Shown: positions 30,913 to 44,080 of the stretch, piece by piece | Layout of the letters: every line of letters starts with the position of its first letter | Numbering within the stretch: position 1 is the first letter of the stretch | Source: the human T2T-CHM13v2.0 reference genome, Homo sapiens | Length of the DNA: 64,000 nt | Reading direction: 5' to 3' (one strand) | Assembly (NCBI RefSeq): GCF_009914755.1 | Contig: NC_060926.1 | The notes under the pieces: generated by a model | What the model saw: the letters and a program-made list of their open reading frames with translations, nothing else | Told to the model about the DNA's origin: nothing | Databases searched by the model: none | Program-made: the position numbers and the translations under genes

Positions 30913-33372
30913 GAAGTACATCAACTGACAAAGAGAACTCATTATTTTGAATAGCAGATTTGAATATCAGAAGAAAGAATAGCAGGTTTGAACAGCAGAT
31001 TTGAGCAGGCAGAAGAAAGAATACATGAACTTTAAGGCCAGTTAACTGAAATTATTCAGTCTGAAGAGCTGAAAGCCCAAATATGAAGAAGAATGAACAG
31101 ACACTAAGAAACCTGTGAGATGCCACCGAGCAGACAACCACTCATATAACGGAAATCCCAGAAAGAAAGGAGACGAACAGGGAAGTGAGAATATTTGAAT
31201 ACATTATAGTTGAAAACTTCTAAAATTTGATAAAGTATACACATTCAAGAAACCCAACAAATCTCAAGGGAACAAACACAAAAAGATCCATCCAACCTAC
31301 ATTATAATCAAATTGTCAATAGCCAGAAAGAAAGAGGAGATCCTAAAAGCAGTAAAGAAGCAGCAATTCACCATGTATAAAGGATCTCAATGAGATGAAC
31401 AGCAGATTTTTCATCAGAACACGTGAAGACTGGAATAGAGTGGCATAACTATTTTAAAGTGCTAAAATTTAAAAATCTGCAAACAGGAATTGCATATCTG
31501 GCAAAACTACCCCACAAGAATTGAGAAATTAAAACATCCCAAATAGACAAAGGCTAAGTTTATTAATGAAACAAGTTCATTAATAGTAGATCTGCCCTAG
31601 AAGAAATGTTAAAGGGAGAGAGTGATGCCAATCATGTGCCAGAATATGAAGCTACAGACTCTTCCATTACCCATGAATGCACCAAATACAGAGCTACACG
31701 TAGTTCAATTTCCTGTGCAAGAATTCAGAATCTAGTTGAGAGATGCCTGCACAACAGGCAACTGAGAAAATACCCATATTGAAACAGGCAGGAAAAGCTG
31801 ATCATAAACCTCACCCTCAGCAAAGCCACATAATTGGGAAGTAACTGAACTCCCAGCTTCTCCCTGAAAAATGAAGGGCTTGAACCACTTATCTAGCACC
31901 CCAACTTTTATGGCTGCTACTTATGGGACTGGATTCTAACTCCCCTATCTCTATGAGTTGATAGGACCCAGCATTTACTAGTTCCCTGGAACCATAGAGA
32001 ATAAAAAGACAGTTTTAAACAGGCACATGAGTACCTGCCACAGCTTTTCCCCCTAGGCAAGCACAGAATGAGCAAGCAATAAAGCCAAGCTCCTAGATTC
32101 TCCATGAAAGGGATTAGACTGAGGATCCAATTCTCAGCTTTTTCAGCTACTGCCTAAAGGTCTGCCTAAAATGGGTGGGTGAGCATTTTGCAAAGCCCTT
32201 CCTCAGCCTGCTCCTGAAGAAACTAAATAAATAAAAACAAAATAAACACTTCCAGTTTCTCCTTGAAAAGAATTCAACTACACTAATGTAGAGTCTGATT
32301 TTTCGTGCTACTGTTTGAGGGTCCAGCTTTTAACTTGCTTGTCTCTTGGAGCTGTTGAGATCCAGCACTCACTAGTCCCCCAGAGTCTACAGAGAACAAA
32401 GCGGCAGTTTTGAGCAGTCATGTGAGCTCCTCCTGGGGCTCTTCCTCTTGGTTTGCTCCAGGAGAAAAAAAAAAAAAGCAAGCTCTAAGCTTTTCCCTGG
32501 AAGGGGTTTGGCTACACATCTAATATTGCATCTTTTCCAGCTGCTGTCCAAGAGTCTGGCTTCTAACTCACTTGTGCCTGAGAGTTAATGGACCAGACAG
32601 TCGCTACCCAACTAATAGTCTGAACAAGCATGTAGGCACTTGCCACTGCTCACTCTAGTGATAAAATCTCCCCAGCTCACTCCAGTGATAAAATCAAGCC
32701 TTCAACTTCTCCTAAGATGTTGGATTATACATCTGCCTCCTGCCCCCAACTTTTCTGACTGTTACTTGGGGAACTGGCTTTTGTAACAGCTGTTCTGAGA
32801 GCTGACAGGGCTTGGAATTCATTAGGCCTCTAGGTGCAAAAAGAGCAAAGAGATGATTTCAAGAGCATTCTAAACACATGTGCATGTATTTCCCACAGCT
32901 TCTCTCCTCAGCTCAGTGCAGAGGAAGTGGGTGATAAAATCTAGGTCCCAGCTTTTTCCCCGAGGAGAGAAGGAGCTGGACCACACATGTAGCACCTCAA
33001 GTTTTCTGGCTGTTACTCAATGGACTGGTTTCTCTTTCACATGTCTTGAGGCGTTAATGGGACTTGTCATACTTTAGTCTCTTGAGGACAAGTAAGATTG
33101 CAGATGGTGGTTAGGATAAGCTCAAAGGTGGGAGGCATCTAGAATCTCTGGCCAGGCTGTTTGATGAGGTTCCTGTCTTATATAAACCAATATGTGAAGA
33201 CCGGGCGAGGTGATTTTTAAAATATAATGTGTAGAAACTAACAGAGTTAGTTAGTCAAGAAAAGTGAAGAAAACATATGAATATGTTTCATGTAAAAGAA
33301 AAAAGATAATCTCCAGAAGCTGACCCTGATGAAATGAAGATACATGATTTGTCCTATAGATAACAAAAAATA

Positions 33373-33735
33373 ATGGTCATAAAAATGCTCGCTGAGTTCA
33401 GGAAAGCAATGCAGGAACAAAGTGAATATTTCAATAAAGCCATGGAAAATATTAAAAAGTACCAAACAGAAATCACAAAACTGAAGAATGAAATCACTGA
33501 ACTAAAAACTATAAGTGGTTCAAGAGCAGACTCGATCAAGCAGGAGAAAGGATCAGTTAACTTAAAGATAGGTCATCAGAAATCATCCATCCAGTCAAAA
33601 GAGAAAAAAAAAAACAGAATGAAAAAGAGTGAAGATAGCTTAAAGGACTTACGAGATGGCAATGTAAGCATTATGGAAATTCCAGAAGGAGAAAAGAGAA
33701 AGGGACAGAAGGCTTACTTGAAAATTAATGGCTAA
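33373..33735 (+). pseudogene. L1 ORF1p remnant (coiled-coil region)
   Basis: MENIKKYQTEITKLKNEITELK...IMEIPEGEKRKG resembles L1 ORF1p; frameshifted. Confidence 0.8.
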
Positions 33736-35741
33736 AAGTTTCCCAAACTTGGGGAACAGAATGAACATTCAGATCCAGGAATCCTAAAGGATACCAAATA
33801 ATACAAATACAAAAGAACCCATACTGAGACACATCAAATTGTCACAAGTTAAAAAGAAAAAAAAAATAGAAAGCAATAAGTGAAGAGTGATTTACATACA
33901 AGAGAAGCTTAATAAAGACAGTCAAGAAATTTTTCAGCAGAAACCTTCTTGGCCTGAAGGGAGTAGGATAATATACTCAGAGTCCTGGAAAACAAAACAA
34001 AACAAAACAAAAAACCTGCCAGCATGGGAAATCTGTCCTTCAAAAGGAAAAGGAGCTTAGACATCAGGAAGATGGCTGAATAGGGCACCTGCTTATATCC
34101 TTCCAAAACAAGAATTCTGCACCCACCAACAGACTAAAGTCTCTTTGTGGGATCCTCAGAATTTAGGTACAAGATTGGAAATTTGGTGGAGCCCAGGATC
34201 TAGGAAGGTCATTTTAAGTGTGTAGACAGACACACAGTTAGTAAACATGCTAATCACACTCCCAGCTTCAAGTCCAGAAATGGCCCCATTCCCTGAAAGG
34301 CTTGGCTACCACCTAATTTTGTCTTCAGCCTGCAAGCTCAACCATCTGCCAAAAGGTCCAGGAAGATTTTCTCACACTAGTGTCTTGGCATAGCGGCTCA
34401 TCTGCTCACTGACATCATTTCTCAGCAGTGAACCTGAAAATTGCCATGTGGAGTGACTCCAGCCCCCTTCAACTGAGGTCCCAGTTTAGAACTATTCACA
34501 TGAGGTACCAGAGGGAAACTTGCCCATAATTCATAGCCCAGTAGTCTAAGACTCTGTGATGGGCTTGCCAGCCTCTGTGCCACAGCAGATACTGAAAGGA
34601 CTCAGTCTCAGGTTCAGCTTCTCCTGCTACACTCAGAGAACTGCCTGTGCAGAGACTTACTAGAAGATATGTGCTTATTTGAGCCAACAGACAGTCTCAC
34701 TAGCCTTTGTTTGACAGCAGATCCCAAAGGGTCCCAGTCTCAGCTCTAGTCTCTCTTACTGAAGTCGGGGACATAACCTGCCAGCGCAGAGGCCTGCTGA
34801 GAGACATGGCTTGTCAAAACCAACAAGATAGGTTTGCTGGCCTTCATCTCACAGCAGGTCCTGAGAGGATCCCAGGATCAGCTCTAGCCTCTCTTTTTGC
34901 AGTTGGGAACATAGATGCAAAAGTCTTCAATGACATACTAGCAAAACAAATGCAACAACGCATTAAAAAGATAATTTTCCTTGAGCAAGTTGAATTTATT
35001 TCTGGGTTGCCAGGTGGTTGTTTGGAGAAAGCTCTTTGACATTGGTCTCAGCAGTGATTTTTTGATATGACATCCACAGTATAAGCAAAGAAAGCAAAAG
35101 TAAACAAGTGGGACTACCTGAAACTAAAAAGCTTTTTGCCTAGCAAAGGAAAAAGTCAACAGAGTGAAAAGGCAACTTAAAGAATGAGAAAAAAAAATAT
35201 TTGCAAACCTTGCTTCCGATAGAGGATCAATATCCAAAATACAGTAGTAACTCATAAAATAATAGCAAGAAAACAATCTGATTTTAAAATAGGCAAAGAA
35301 TATGAATATACATTTTCCAAAGAAGACATACAAATGACCAATAAGTATATGAAAAGGTGCACAACATCATTTGCCATCAGAGAAATGTGAATCAAAACCA
35401 CAATGAGACATCACATCACACCTGCTGGGAAGGCTATCAGAAAGTCAAAAGATGATAAGTGTTAATGGAGAAAAATAAACCCTCCTATACTGTTGGTGAG
35501 AATGTAAATTGGCACAACTATAATGGAAAACAGTATAGAGGCTCCTCAAAAAATAAAAAATAAAACTACCATATATAATCCAGCAATCCCACTTCTGTGT
35601 ATATATCCAAAGGAAAAAAATAAATGTGTCAAAGAGATATCAACAATTTCACATTCATTGTAACCTTATTCACAATGGCCAGGTTATGGAAATAACGTAA
35701 TTTTTCATCAATGGTTGAATGGATAAAAAATATATGGTATA

Positions 35742-35883
35742 CAGATGCTCCTCAATTTATGATGTGATTATGTCCTGAAGAAACCATTGTAAGTAGAAAA
35801 TATTATGTCAAAAATGTATTTAATGCCTCAGTATACCCAAAACAAAGTCAAAGAACTGTAAGTCAAAAGTTGTGAACCATCTG
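35742..35883 (+). mobile_element. MER47/Tigger5-type MITE (TcMar-Tigger)
   Basis: CAGATGCTCCTCAATTTATGATG...CCATCTG with TA flanks. Confidence 0.8.
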
Positions 35884-36743
35884 TATATATGCAGTAAAGT
35901 AGTATTCAGGCTTTAAAAGGCAGGAAACACTTCCATTTGCAATAACATAGATGAACCTATAGGACATTATGGTAAGTAAAATATGTCCAGATGCAGAGAA
36001 AATGTTGCATAATCTTATTCATGTGTGGAATATAAAATAGTCAAACTCATAGAAGCAGAGAGTAGAACGGTATTTAACAAGGGTTGGAGGATACAAGAAA
36101 TGGAGAGACATTGGTCAAATGGTACAAAAGTTTCAGTTATATAGGATAAGTAAGTTCTAGACATCAATTTTACAGCATAGTGATTATAATTAATGACATT
36201 CTATACGTAAAATATGCTGAGGGATGATCTTAAGTGTTCTTACCACACTCACACACAAAAAAGCTACCATAACTATGGCTATGTTAATTAGTTTGATGTA
36301 GTAATCCTTTTACGATGTCATCATACTGTATACCTTAAATATATACATTTTTTATTTTTTAAAAGGTGAAAGGTCAAATTCTGCTCTAGTTACATGCCAA
36401 AGCTAAGGAGCTGACATGGAAAACACATTGCAATTTCAAAGACGTTAAAAAGTGAAAACAGGAAAAAAAAATGTTAAAAGGAGTACTTTAGGCTAAAATG
36501 AAAGGATACTAGAAAGGAACTTGGAGCCATATAAAGAAATAAATAACTCTGCTAAAATAAAGGTAACTACATAGCTAAATTTAAAATCTAGTATTATTGC
36601 ATTTTTAGTTTATGAGTCTTCTTTTAATTTTCCTGCATTATTGGAAAGACAAATATATTTAAGAAATTGGAAATCTATATTAATAGGTGTGAAATGTATT
36701 GAGATATAATTTTTTAAATAACATAAAAGAAACAGCTACGTAG

Positions 36744-37323
36744 TGTGGGAAAAAGAATTTCTGGGGTGCCAGATGAGTTGGTCTCCCCTGTGTGAGACAC
36801 CCATGGGAAGCCATGGGTGGCCTCTGAGGAGAAAAGTCTCTTTATTGCCTTCATGTCTTTATGCCCCTAGAGCATAATAGCTCAGCAGCATGCCACAGGT
36901 TGCTCGGGGAAATAACACTCCCTTGAAGTAGTGGAGTATAATCAAACATCTTGGCCCCTCCTGAAACCCACTCCCATCCATTTCTGTTAAAGACTGTTAA
37001 AGATCTTAAGCAGTTTAGACACATGCCTTTGCTTGAGGAAATTCACAGAAACCACCACTGCTATGTATCTTATTGAATGACTCACCAGTTCTCCTTCACT
37101 GATTAATCCTTTTCCTCATCCCTTCCTACCTCTCCCATCTGCCCTAAGAACAAAGAGCTTGTAAACCAATAAATTGGGTGGAGGCTCCAAGTGGTGAGCA
37201 AGCCTCCAACGCTCTGGTCCCCTGGACCCGCCTTTTAAACCCTTATCCTGTGTCTTTCTAATACCTTTGTCTCTGCTGGACTCGGGGTACCCGCTGGGTG
37301 GTGTGGGGCTGGTTTTCCCAACA
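36744..37323 (+). mobile_element. ERVK solo LTR (LTR14-family, LTR14C-like)
   Basis: TGTGGG...CCCAACA, ~580 bp, AATAAA at ~37168; TSD cgtag/cttag. Confidence 0.75.
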
Positions 37324-37542
37324 CTTAGGAGCTGAATTTTTGTACGCCACTGCAGCTAAATTGTATTAATGCAAGTTAGTTTTATATAAATGTTATAGAT
37401 GTTAATTGTAAGCCCAATGTTAACCACTAATAAAATACCTGAAAATACACACAATACAAATGAGAAGAGAATCAAGAGTACACTACAAAATATTAAGTAC
37501 AAAAGAAAACAGTAATTGAAGAAAAAAGAGGAAAAATATATA

Positions 37543-38550
37543 CAGTTTGAGTATTCTTGACCTAAAAATCTAAAATCTGCAATGATCAACAATCCACAAG
37601 TTTTGGGCATGGATATGATGCCACCAGTGGAAAATTCCCTATCTCTGGTCCCAATCATTTTGGATAAGGTACACTTAACTTGCAATAGTGGCAATGAAAA
37701 TCGTGTTGCTTATACTGCAGAAAAAGTGCCTATAGACAACATGATGAAAATATGTAATGGGTTTATTGCAGAACAAGAGCAGCATGCATTCATGACAGAA
37801 CAAAAAATCATGTTAGTTTATAAAACCAAAAGGTGACTTCTAAGATAAAAAAAAAAATTGTTAATGAGGCAGATGACTCTAGAAGACATATTTTTAAAAA
37901 CCATTCAGTAGAATGCCTCCTCATTCCTAGAGGACTCACTTCCTATTCCCTCAACTGCTTCTGATTATTCTTTTCATCTAAAAAGGAATACAGTGTACAG
38001 AAACCTTTTAATCAAAACACAGCATTGTAGGTGGAGATTGAAAACCTGTCATAGTTTGCTGTTGCTATTGTGTAACAGTTGATGCAGGTCATACTGGTGC
38101 TACTAGGATGCTGCTTAGTTTCTCTAAATACATTATTTTTTCAATGTATTAATGGCATGTCATTTTTTTACTGTTAAGTAATTATGTGTGAATAAATGTA
38201 ATAAAATGATTGCTTATCAGTAGCCTACAAATTCAGAGTCACAAATGATGGTGATTAAAACAACCACAGATTATCTACATGGATGGCTAAGATAGTGACA
38301 GCTTTGTTTTCTGATGGTTCAATGTATACAACTTTTGTTTCATGCACAAAATTATGAAAAATATTGTATAAAAATACTTTCAGGTTATGTGTGTAAGGTG
38401 TGTATGAAACAAAAATTTTATGTTTAGACTTGGGTCCCATCTCCAAGATATCTCATTATGCACATGCAAATACTTTAAAATCCCCCCCAAAAATCCAAAA
38501 TCCAAAACACTTATGGTTTCAAACATTTTGGATAAGGAATATTCAATCTG
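37543..38550 (+). mobile_element. Tigger4 (Zombi) internally deleted DNA transposon
   Basis: TIRs cagtttgagtattc / gaatattcaatctg with TA flanks; transposase C-terminal remnant AEKVPIDNMMKICNG. Confidence 0.85.
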
Positions 38551-40365
38551 TAATACATACAGAAAACAAGTTATAAAGTGGCAGAATTAATTCCTTACTC
38601 ATCAAAAATTACTTTAAATGAAATGGATGAAACTCTCCAATTAAAACACAAAGATAGGCAGAATATGCTTTTTAAAAAAGCATGATCCAACCTATATACT
38701 GTCCATAGAAGAGTCACTTTATATGCAAAGACACACATAGCTTGAAGTGAAATGATGGGAAAAGATATTCCATGCAAATAGCACCAAAAGAAAGACCTGA
38801 GATAGTTACATTAACATCAAACGAATTAGACTTATGTAAAAAAACTATTACCAGAGAGACAAAGAAAAATACGATATATTTAAAAAGAGGTAAATTCATC
38901 TAAGCACATATAACAATTATAAAAATATATGTGCTAAACAACAAAGGCCCAAGAAATATGAAGCAAACATGCACAGATTTGAGAAAAAGATAGTTCTACA
39001 ATAATAGTTGGAGACTTCAATATACTACTTTCAATAATAATTAGTACATCTAACAGGAGATCAATAAGAAAATCAGGGACTGGATAAACACTATAAATTG
39101 AATATATAGAATATTCCACCAGCATCCACAGAATACACATTCTTTTCAAGTGCACAAGGAACATTCTCCAGTATAGATAGTATGTAATGCCAAAAAGCAA
39201 ATTTTCATAAATTCTAAAACAACTGATATTATACAGAATATCTTCTCAAACCACAATGGAATAAAGTTAGAAATTAATAAAAGATAAACTAGAAAACTGC
39301 CAAATATGTAGAAATTTAAAAAGACTTTAACAACCAATGAGTCAATGAAGAAATCACAAGGGAAATTAGAAAATACCTAAAAGACAAATGAAAACAAAAG
39401 CACACATACTAAATTATGTTCATAAGGAAAGTTGTAGCCATAAACAACTATATTTAAAAATAGAGAAGAAACTCAAATAAATACGCCATATTTATAATTT
39501 AAGGAACTATGAAAAAAGTGCACACTAAACCCAAAGCTAGCAGAAGAAAGGAAGTTATAAAGATTAGAGCACAGATAAATGACAGAACATATAGGAAAAT
39601 AAGGAAAACCAATGAAATCAAAATTTGCTTCTTTAAAAGACAAATAATTGGCAACCCTTTAGCTGTACAACAAGGGGAAAAAAAGAGAAAATAGAATAAC
39701 TAAAATCAAAGTATAGACATTACTTCCAAACTTTTAGAAATAAGAGTATTATAAGAAAATGATATGAACAATTGCACATGAACAAATTAGATAGCTTAGA
39801 TAAAGTGAACAAATTCCTAGGCACACAAATTACCAAAGGTGACTGAATAATATATTTTTAAAATCTTAACAGATGTATAAGAAGTAAAGAGATAGAATCA
39901 ATAATTTAAAAATCTGCCAACATTGAAAAGGTCAAGAACAGAGGGCTTCACTGGTGAATTCTACCAAATATTTAAACAATTAACATCAAAACTTCTTAGA
40001 CTCTTCTGAAATATAAAAGAGGAAGGAACATTATCTAATTCATTCAATGAGATATGTATTTCCTAACACCAAAGGGAAGAAACTGCAAGAAAAGAAAACT
40101 GCATACCAATATCCCTTACGGATAGAAACCAAAAACAATCAAACAAACAGAAAAACAAAAACAAAACACCTTAACAAACTAAATCCAACAACGTATTAAA
40201 AAGATTATATGCAATGACCATGTGGGATTTACTATACAAATGCAAGATTGGTTCAATGTAAGAAAATCAATGAAATATGTTTTATTAATATATATTACTA
40301 ATAAAATGAAGGGAAGAAACACATAATCATTTCAACTGATTGAGGAAAAGCACTTGTCAAAATCA

Positions 40366-40706
<341 letters not shown>

Positions 40707-42012
40707 AATAATACTCAGAAACTAAGATTAGATGGAAACTACTTCAATATAATAAAGGACATTTTTTTTAAACCCACAGCTAACATAACTAACTCAATGG
40801 TGGAAGTTTGAAAGTTTTCACCCTAAGATCAGGATAAAACAACAATGCTCACTTTTAACACTTCTGCTGAATGTTGTACTGAAAGGTCTAGTTAGAGCAA
40901 TTCAGCAATAGTAGGAAATAAAAGCCCTCAAGTTTGGAAAAGAAGAAGCATAACTATCTCTATTATCAGATGATATGAACCAATATGTAGCAAAATCTCA
41001 AAGAATTCACAAAAAATTACTAGAGCTATTTAAAAATTCAGCAAATTTGCCGGGCACATGATTGACACACAAAAATTGATTATGTTCCTCACACTAGCAA
41101 TAAACAAAAATAATTGAAAAAACTACATTTATAACATCATCCAAAAGAAAAAAATAACTAGGAATAAATTTAGCCAAGGAGATGAAAGACTTGTGTACTG
41201 AAAATTACAAAACATTGCTAAAATGTAAGACCTAAATAAATGGAATCATATCCGTGTTCATAGATTTGAAACTTAATATATTAAGATGCCACTACTACTC
41301 ACACTAGATTCAGTGTTAGCCTATTAAAATTCCAACAAGCTTTTTTACAGAAATAGAAAAGCCAATCCTCAAATTCTTATGGAATTACAAGGGTCTCTGA
41401 GTAGCCGAAAGAACCTAGAATAAGAACAAATTGGAGGACTCATGTCCTGATTTCAACACTTACAATAAAGCTACAATAATCAAAACAATGTGTTATAGGC
41501 ATAATGGCATACATGTAGATCAATGGAATAGAATTAAGAGTATAAAATATATATATCTAGGGGCACTTGATTTTGGACAAAAGGTGCTGAGACCAGTCAA
41601 TGGGGGATAAATAGTCTCTTCAACAAATGGTGCTGGGATAACCAGATATCCACATGCAAAAGAATGAAGTTAGGCTCCTATTTCACACCATACGCAAAAA
41701 TTAACTCAAAGTGAACCAAAGAGTTAAACATAGGGAGAGCTAAAATCAAAACTCTTTTTAAAATCATGAACGAATATTCATTAATTTAGCATTGGCAATG
41801 AATTCTTAGATACGAGAACAAACGCACGAGGAGCAACAACAACAACAACAACAACAAAACAGATAAACTGGACTTCATCAAAATTAAAACCCTTTGGTGC
41901 ATAAAAGGACATTACCAAGAAAGCGAAAAAGCAATCTACAGAAGGAGAGAAAATATTTTCAACTAATATATCCGATAAGGCTCTAGTATACAAAATATAT
42001 ATAATACTCTTA

Positions 42013-42442
<430 letters not shown>

Positions 42443-43439
42443 TCATCATAAGAAAAATGCAAATCAAAACTACAATAAGGTGGAAAGCCACTCCTCCTAC
42501 AAAGGCTATATTAATGTTTTTAATAAAGAAAAAAAAAGCGTTGATGAGAATGTAGAGAAATTGGAAATCTTGTACACTGCTGGTAGGAGACTAAAATGTT
42601 TCACCTGGAGTAAAAAACGTTTGGCACTCCCTCAAAAACATAAACATAGAATTGCCAAATGAACCAGCAAATCCTACGTACATATCCAAAATAGTTTAAA
42701 ACAAGTACTCAAACAAATACAATTACAGTATCAGCATTGTTGGCATTATGCAAAAGATTTTAAAAAGTCTGGATGTTCTTCAATGGATGAATGATAAACT
42801 GTAGTCTATACATACAATGTAATATTATTCAGACATAAATAGGAATGAAGTACTGATACATTCTACAACATGGACAAATCTCAAAAACATTATGCTAAGT
42901 GAAAGAAGCCAGACACAAAGGTCACATATTATATTAGCCCATTTATATGAAATATTCAGAAGAGGTAAAGTCAGAGAGAGAGAAGGTGGACTGGTAGTTT
43001 TTAGGGGCTGGAGTGAGGGGAGAATGAAGAACAAGTGCGCAATGCGCTCAAATGTTTTGGAACTAGACAGAAGTGGTGGTTGCACAACATTGCTAATGTA
43101 CTAATTGCCATTGAATGGATCAGTTTAAAATAATTTTACGTTATGTAAATTCTCTCACAATTAAAAAAAGAAATATGATATCACATCTGAGCAGAATAGA
43201 GCAAATCATATCCTTCACACTTACTTCTCTGTGGTCAGAAGGAGAAATCCTTAAGGAAATGGCATTTAAATTGATACAATGAGTAAGAACATTTCAATGA
43301 ATGAAGGGCGGTTGAGGGGAGGGAATAAATCTTTAGGCTTTTGCAGAAATGAATGTTTAAGATGGTATTATTTTAACTTGGATAGTCGTTATACAATGCA
43401 GAGGAAAGGACTTACAGCAATTTTAGCAGAGTGAATTTG

Positions 43440-44080
43440 TGCTATAAATTCTATGATTTTAGTGACTGTCTTGGTCACCATAGCCTAGTACCTTCTACAG
43501 TGCCTTACTTATAGCCGGTGTTGAATAAATATTGGTTAAACAAATGAGTGAATGAAAAAATGAGGAACTAAATGGAGAAGTAATACGTAACCGGAGATTT
43601 AAACTTATCTACAGAATGTCAGGTTAAGGTAGTGAAGGACAGTATTACAAGAAGGGAGCACAAACATGTGACACACAGTGCAGGCTTACAGGCAACAGAG
43701 ATGGTGGCGTGTTTGAGAAGCTGACAAAACTTCAATAAGGTTGGAAAAAAAATTGTGAAAGGAAAGGGTAAATGAAGAGCCTCATACACCATGGTAATTG
43801 ATTTGGGCCTAGTCTTTAAATCCATGATAAGCCATTGAACAGTTTTATACAAAAAAAAATATGAGATGATCAGATTTGTTTTGAAAAGATGACTGTCTAC
43901 AGCATCAAAAATCAGGATTAGAGGAAAGAGAAACTAGATGAAAGGAGAAAGGCTGCTGCAGTTGTTGGGAAAGCAGATAAAGGTAGTCTGGGATCGAACA
44001 AGGGAATAGAAGTAGAAGACAAACAGATTTTAGGAGAAAGAATGGATAAGATCAAATGCCAGAATAAAAAACCTTTGTAA
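43440..44080. mobile_element. L2 fragments (3' end on +, then antisense piece)
   Basis: cttctacagtgcctt...aataaatattggttaaacaaatgagtgaatgaa; gagatgatcagatttgttttgaaaagatgactgt. Confidence 0.55.

Larger units (their letters stand above)
31619..36468 (+). mobile_element. Inner composite L1 insertion: L1M 5' UTR + ORF1, second 5' UTR, ORF2 pieces, L1MA7/8-like 3' UTR
   Basis: Flanked by the duplicated host sequence aaatgttaaa(g/a)ggag at 31604 and 36469; L1MA 3' end near 36355. Confidence 0.75.

Noticed and set aside
37582-37836. 84-aa ORF as a domesticated transposase
   Set aside because: Only a short C-terminal Tigger4 remnant fused to non-coding sequence; no DDE or HTH domain
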